From contig JAPPDJ010000033.1 in NCBI GenBank assembly GCA_028824555.1, positions 25,372-89,371 of the forward strand: DNA of 64,000 nucleotides. Direction: 5' to 3'. The position numbers were made by a program, and so were the translations under genes. Below, in pieces: positions 60,041-64,000 of the stretch; position 1 is the first letter of the stretch; each line of letters begins with the position of its first letter. Under the pieces are notes generated by a model. That model saw only the letters and a program-made list of their open reading frames with translations. It was not told the DNA's origin and made no database searches. Origin of the DNA: Gammaproteobacteria bacterium. Its GTDB lineage: Bacteria > Pseudomonadota > Gammaproteobacteria > Pseudomonadales > Azotimanducaceae.

Positions 60041-61930
60041 GTGACAAGGAAACTCGTGCAAAACCATCTATCGAGACTCGGCTGTGCCGGCGCTGCCCTC
60101 GTGCTCTGCGGCGCCGTCTGGGCCGAACCGCAGGAATGGCGCATCAACATCCAGGACGGTGGCCTGCACGAGTTCGTGCAGCAGGTGGCGGAGATCACCG
60201 ACAAGATCATCGTCGTCGATCCCCGCGTGCGCCAAGCCAACAACGTCACCGTCATCAGCAACACGCCGCTCGGTCGCGAGGGCGTGTTTGAGCTTTTCCT
60301 CTCGGTGCTGCGGGTACATGGCTACACCCTTTCCCGTGCCGGCGACGTGTACACCGTGGTGCAGAACACGGTCGGCAAACAGATGGGGGGGCGCATCGAC
60401 TCCGCCGACGCCGCACCGGATGAAATCGTCACCGAGGTGATCGGCGTCAAGCACATCCTCGCAACGGACGTGGTGAAGACCCTGCGTCCGCTGATTCCGC
60501 AATACGCCCACATCGCCGCCGTGGAGTCCGCCAACGTCGTCATCATCAGCGACCACGCCCACAACATCCACCGCCTTCTGACCATCATCGAGCAGACCGA
60601 CCTGCCGGGCACCGAGATCATCACCGTCGTGCCACTCGAACACGCCTGGGCCGGCACGGTTGCAAGGCTGTTGCAGGAGCTTGCCCCAGGCAGCCTCGGC
60701 GCCGCCGCCCAAGGCCCCACGAGCGTGCAGATCGTCGCCAACGAGCGCAACAACACCTTGGTGCTGCGTGGCAAGGAGGAACCGGTCCGGCGCATTGAGG
60801 CCATTATCCGCCAGCTCGATCAGCCCGATACCTCGAGCGGCGGCACCCAGGTGATCCAACTCGACCATGCCGATGCGACCGAGGTGGCGGAGATGTTGAA
60901 CGCGATGGCCTCCAGCGCCCCCGGCGCCAGTGACCAGCCGCCGCCTTCCGTGCATGCCTACGAGTCTCTCAACGCGGTGGTGGCGCGGGGAGACCCGTCC
61001 TTCGTCAACGACCTGCGCGGCATCATCAGTCAGCTCGACGCGCCCCGCGGACAGGTGCTGATCGAGGTGGCGGTGGTAGAAGTGTCGGCGGATGCGAGCG
61101 ATAGCCTTGGCATCGAAGTTGCGGCCGGCGACCCCACCGGTGTTGCGACGCCGCTCTTCACCACTACCATGAGTGGCATCATCGGTGGGCTGCTCACTCA
61201 GCTAGCGTCCAGCGACGAGGCCATCAATCCCGCCCTCGCTGCCGCCGCGGTGGGCTCTCCGACGCTGGCGCTGACCCGACTGGACCCGGACAAGGTCTCC
61301 TTCGGCGCCATCGTCAACGCCCTCGCCGTCGACGCCAACGCCGACCTCTTGTCAACGCCGAGCGTGCTGACGCTTGACAACGAGGAGGCACAGATCACCG
61401 TCGGGCAGGAAGTGCCCATCGTCACGGGCGCTTTCACCACAACCAGCGACGGCGCCAGCAACCCCTTCACCACCGTATCGCGCAAGGACGTGGGCATCGA
61501 CCTTTCCGTGACGCCGCACATCCACGGTCAGTCGCTGCGGCTCGAGCTCGTGCAAGAAGTCTCGAACGTGGTGGACACGGCCCTCGAAGGCTTCACCGAC
61601 ATCGTCACCAACAAGCGCAAGCTGACCAATACCATTTTGGTTGACGACCGTCAGACGATCGTCTTGGGCGGCCTGATTCAGGACGACCAGCGCAACACGC
61701 TGCGCAAGGTGCCGGTGCTCGGCGACATCCCGGTGGCGGGTGCCCTCTTCCGCAGTTCGACCAACGTCCGCATCAAACGCCACCTGCTGTTCTTCCTGCG
61801 CCCGACCATCCAGCGCACGCCCCAGGACCTCAGCGACATCACCGACGCGAAGTACGATGGCATCCTGGACCTGCGCGTCGATGCTGCCGAGGCGCCGCAG
61901 AGCGCCGAGGGCCTGTTCCAAGGTCGGTAG
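60041..61930 (+). CDS. gspD: Type II secretion system secretin
   Basis: Signal peptide, N0 domain (LHEFVQQVAEITDKIIVVDPRV), secretin core (VPVLGDIPVAGALFRS). Alternative GTG at 60056. Confidence 0.9.
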   Translation: MTRKLVQNHLSRLGCAGAALVLCGAVWAEPQEWRINIQDGGLHEFVQQVAEITDKIIVVDPRVRQANNVTVISNTPLGREGVFELFLSVLRVHGYTLSRAGDVYTVVQNTVGKQMGGRIDSADAAPDEIVTEVIGVKHILATDVVKTLRPLIPQYAHIAAVESANVVIISDHAHNIHRLLTIIEQTDLPGTEIITVVPLEHAWAGTVARLLQELAPGSLGAAAQGPTSVQIVANERNNTLVLRGKEEPVRRIEAIIRQLDQPDTSSGGTQVIQLDHADATEVAEMLNAMASSAPGASDQPPPSVHAYESLNAVVARGDPSFVNDLRGIISQLDAPRGQVLIEVAVVEVSADASDSLGIEVAAGDPTGVATPLFTTTMSGIIGGLLTQLASSDEAINPALAAAAVGSPTLALTRLDPDKVSFGAIVNALAVDANADLLSTPSVLTLDNEEAQITVGQEVPIVTGAFTTTSDGASNPFTTVSRKDVGIDLSVTPHIHGQSLRLELVQEVSNVVDTALEGFTDIVTNKRKLTNTILVDDRQTIVLGGLIQDDQRNTLRKVPVLGDIPVAGALFRSSTNVRIKRHLLFFLRPTIQRTPQDLSDITDAKYDGILDLRVDAAEAPQSAEGLFQGR

Positions 61931-62277
61931 CAGGCAAGTCGGACTTCGCGGAAAGAAGTTTCCAGCCCGGCGGGGATGCCGGGCCGCTGACGGCAGGGAA
62001 CAGGGCCGCTTGACTGCCACCGACACGCCCGTCTCGCGGGGAAAGGGCTGGTTGCGCCTTCGGGCCCTTGGTTGCTTCGCCTTCCACGGGAGGAGCGTGA
62101 CAGGTCCTCGCTCCGAGTGGCGTGTGGGACCGCGCCATCCAGCCGGCCCGTTGGTGTTGAGTCGGCTTCGAGACGCTACCGTTGGAAATCAACGCCTTAC
62201 GAGAACTTTCTCCATGCGAGGGACAGGACGCCTGGCCGCCTTCCACCGAAGGTGTGTGCGCCTGTTAGTCTGCCGCC

Positions 62278-64000
62278 ATGCGTTTGGCAGCACCCATCAA
62301 GCGATTCAACTACCGCCTTGGGCGGGGCATCGTGCGGGCGCTGGCGCGGCCGACCGTGACCGGCGCGCCGCCACCGGCCGGCGACGAGATCGTCTACGTG
62401 CTGCCGAACCGTTCGCTGGCGGACCTGCTGCTGCTGGACGTGGTGGCCACCGCACAAGGCTTGCCAGCGCCGCGCCAACGTCTCGAAGTGCTTGACGAGG
62501 GGCGACGGTTCTTCTTCCTGAACCGACCGACCGGTTGGCGCCGCCGTCACACCATGCGCCGCACTTCGGCGCGCATGAGGCGCATACAGGGGCAGTTGCG
62601 CAAGAGCCAGGCGCCAGCCGTGACCTTGGTGCCTGTGTCGGTGTTCTGGGGACGGGCAGCGGACAAGGAACGGTCCTGGCTGCGCTCACTGGTCTCCGAG
62701 TCCTGGGGCACGTCATCGCGCCTGCGCCGCCTGCTCGGCCTCCTGCTCAGCCGCAAGGACGTGCTGCTGCACTTCCACCGCCCGCTGCCTTGGCGGGACT
62801 TGGCCCGTGGCCTCGATGCCGCCCGCGCCGAACGCCGCATTGCGCGGCTGTTGCGGGTGCGCTTTCGCAATCAGCGGCAAGCGACACTAGGACCTGACCT
62901 CTCGCACCGCCGCACGCTCATCGAGCGCGTACTGGCAAGCCCGCAGGTGCACGCCGCCATCGCCGCCGAGTCGAAGGGCCAGCCAGCCCAGCCGGCGCAC
63001 CACGCCCGCGCCCGTAAGGCCGCCTTTGCCATCGCCGCCAACATGTCCTTCCCCGCCATGCGCCTACTCGACCGCTTCCTCACCTGGTTCTGGAGCCGCA
63101 TCTACGACGGCGTCGCGGTGCATGGCTTCGAGCACGTATCCGACCTCGCCGCCACCCACACGCTGGTGTTTGCGCCCTGCCACCGCTCGCACATCGACTA
63201 CCTGCTGCTTTCCTACGTGCTGCACCATCAAGGGCTCATGCTTCCGCACATCGCATCCGGCGACAATCTCGACTTGCCGTTGGTGGGGCGCCTACTGCGC
63301 GGCTGCGGCGCCTTCTTCATCCGCCGCAGCTTTCGCGGCGACGACATCTATCGCGCCGTGCTCGATGAGTATCTCTATCAGACGCTGAGGCGCGGCCATT
63401 CGGTGGAGTACTTCATCGAGGGCACTCGCTCGCGCACAGGGCGCCTGTTGCCGCCGCGCACGGGAATGCTGCAGACGACGCTCGACGCCGTGGCGCGAGG
63501 CCTGCCCCGCCCCGTCGCCGTGATTCCGGTTCACATTGCCTATGAAAAGGTGATCGAGGCGGCGAGTTTCGACGAGGAACTGTCGGGTGGCAGCAAGCGG
63601 CCGGAATCCGTAGGCGGAATCTTCCGCGCAAGGCGGCTCGTGCGGCAGGAGTTCGGCTCTGTATCGCTTGCCTTCGCGGCGCCGATCGAGCCCGACGCCT
63701 ATGTCGCGCCGGAGGCCGGCAGCCACCGGCTGGCAAACGAGATCTTGAGGCGCCTGAACCGTTCGGCCAGCATCAACGCGACCCATCTGGTTGCCTTGGT
63801 CACCCTCGCCATGCCGCGCCACGCGATCGATGTGGCGGCGCTCGGAACTCAGCTCGATGTCTGTCGCGAGCTTCTGGAAAGGGAACGCAACCACCACAGC
63901 CACGCCATCGACTGGCGTCCCGCCCATCGCCTGATTGACCGCGTTGAGGAACTGGGCCTCGTGCGGCGCGAGCACAGCCCGGTAGGCGACGTCGTCAGCC
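62278..64000 (+). CDS. plsB: Glycerol-3-phosphate acyltransferase (partial, continues beyond the window)
   Basis: ATG 62278, with the frame open to the window end, so it is absent from the ORF track. HRSHIDY (HxxxxD), FFIRRSF, YFIEGTRSRTGRLL. Confidence 0.85.
   Translation, partial: MRLAAPIKRFNYRLGRGIVRALARPTVTGAPPPAGDEIVYVLPNRSLADLLLLDVVATAQGLPAPRQRLEVLDEGRRFFFLNRPTGWRRRHTMRRTSARMRRIQGQLRKSQAPAVTLVPVSVFWGRAADKERSWLRSLVSESWGTSSRLRRLLGLLLSRKDVLLHFHRPLPWRDLARGLDAARAERRIARLLRVRFRNQRQATLGPDLSHRRTLIERVLASPQVHAAIAAESKGQPAQPAHHARARKAAFAIAANMSFPAMRLLDRFLTWFWSRIYDGVAVHGFEHVSDLAATHTLVFAPCHRSHIDYLLLSYVLHHQGLMLPHIASGDNLDLPLVGRLLRGCGAFFIRRSFRGDDIYRAVLDEYLYQTLRRGHSVEYFIEGTRSRTGRLLPPRTGMLQTTLDAVARGLPRPVAVIPVHIAYEKVIEAASFDEELSGGSKRPESVGGIFRARRLVRQEFGSVSLAFAAPIEPDAYVAPEAGSHRLANEILRRLNRSASINATHLVALVTLAMPRHAIDVAALGTQLDVCRELLERERNHHSHAIDWRPAHRLIDRVEELGLVRREHSPVGDVVS

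Noticed and set aside
63292-63975. 227-aa minus-strand ORF
   Set aside because: It is antisense to plsB, whose HxxxxD and IEGTRSRTG motifs are unambiguous in the plus frame, which stays open to the window end.
1-64000. tRNA, rRNA, tmRNA or riboswitch elements
   Set aside because: Inspection of every intergenic gap over about 100 nt showed no cloverleaf-like or otherwise recognisable RNA gene. A covariance-model scan would be needed to exclude small RNAs.

Overview
High-GC, gammaproteobacterial-like chromosomal segment (taxonomic placement is inference only); hand spot counts gave 44/60 G+C in a core line and 34/60 inside the AbiE genes. I found no rRNA, tRNA or CRISPR array by eye. Many long ORFs in the track are GC-driven shadow frames, so I re-derived starts from the sequence. 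The ORF track prints GTG/TTG starts as M. Layout: (i) 0-9.7 kb, tightly coupled lipid or secondary-metabolite tailoring genes: hypothetical, membrane desaturase, P450 and methyltransferase, then a divergent Ntn acylase-PhyH dioxygenase pair and an SDR-MaoC pair. (ii) 9.7-19.4 kb: Uma2 nuclease, nucleoside hydrolase, a DsbA-like gene overlapping an FAD-oxidoreductase::SelD fusion, a secreted redoxin/heme-c/PHM-like copper monooxygenase, an MFS transporter, and dinB with an SOS-box-like site. (iii) 19.4-32.5 kb: acyl-CoA metabolism genes interrupted by a small minus-strand accessory trio (HEPN, PD-(D/E)xK Uma2-like, DUF4351-like). (iv) 32.5-50.6 kb: the conserved lpxA-fabZ-lpxD-skp-bamA-rseP-cdsA-uppS-frr-pyrH-tsf-rpsB block, then map-glnD-dapC-dapE. 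(v) 50.5-62 kb, the most unusual part: a partial type II secretion module, gspN ... gspC-gspD. An AbiEi/AbiEii toxin-antitoxin insertion sits at the gspN 3' end, flanked by a diverged duplication of that end. A predicted 1816-aa secreted S8 protease overlaps the gspC start by 14 nt. (vi) plsB runs off the window end. All functional calls rest on motifs I could read directly; no database search was run.
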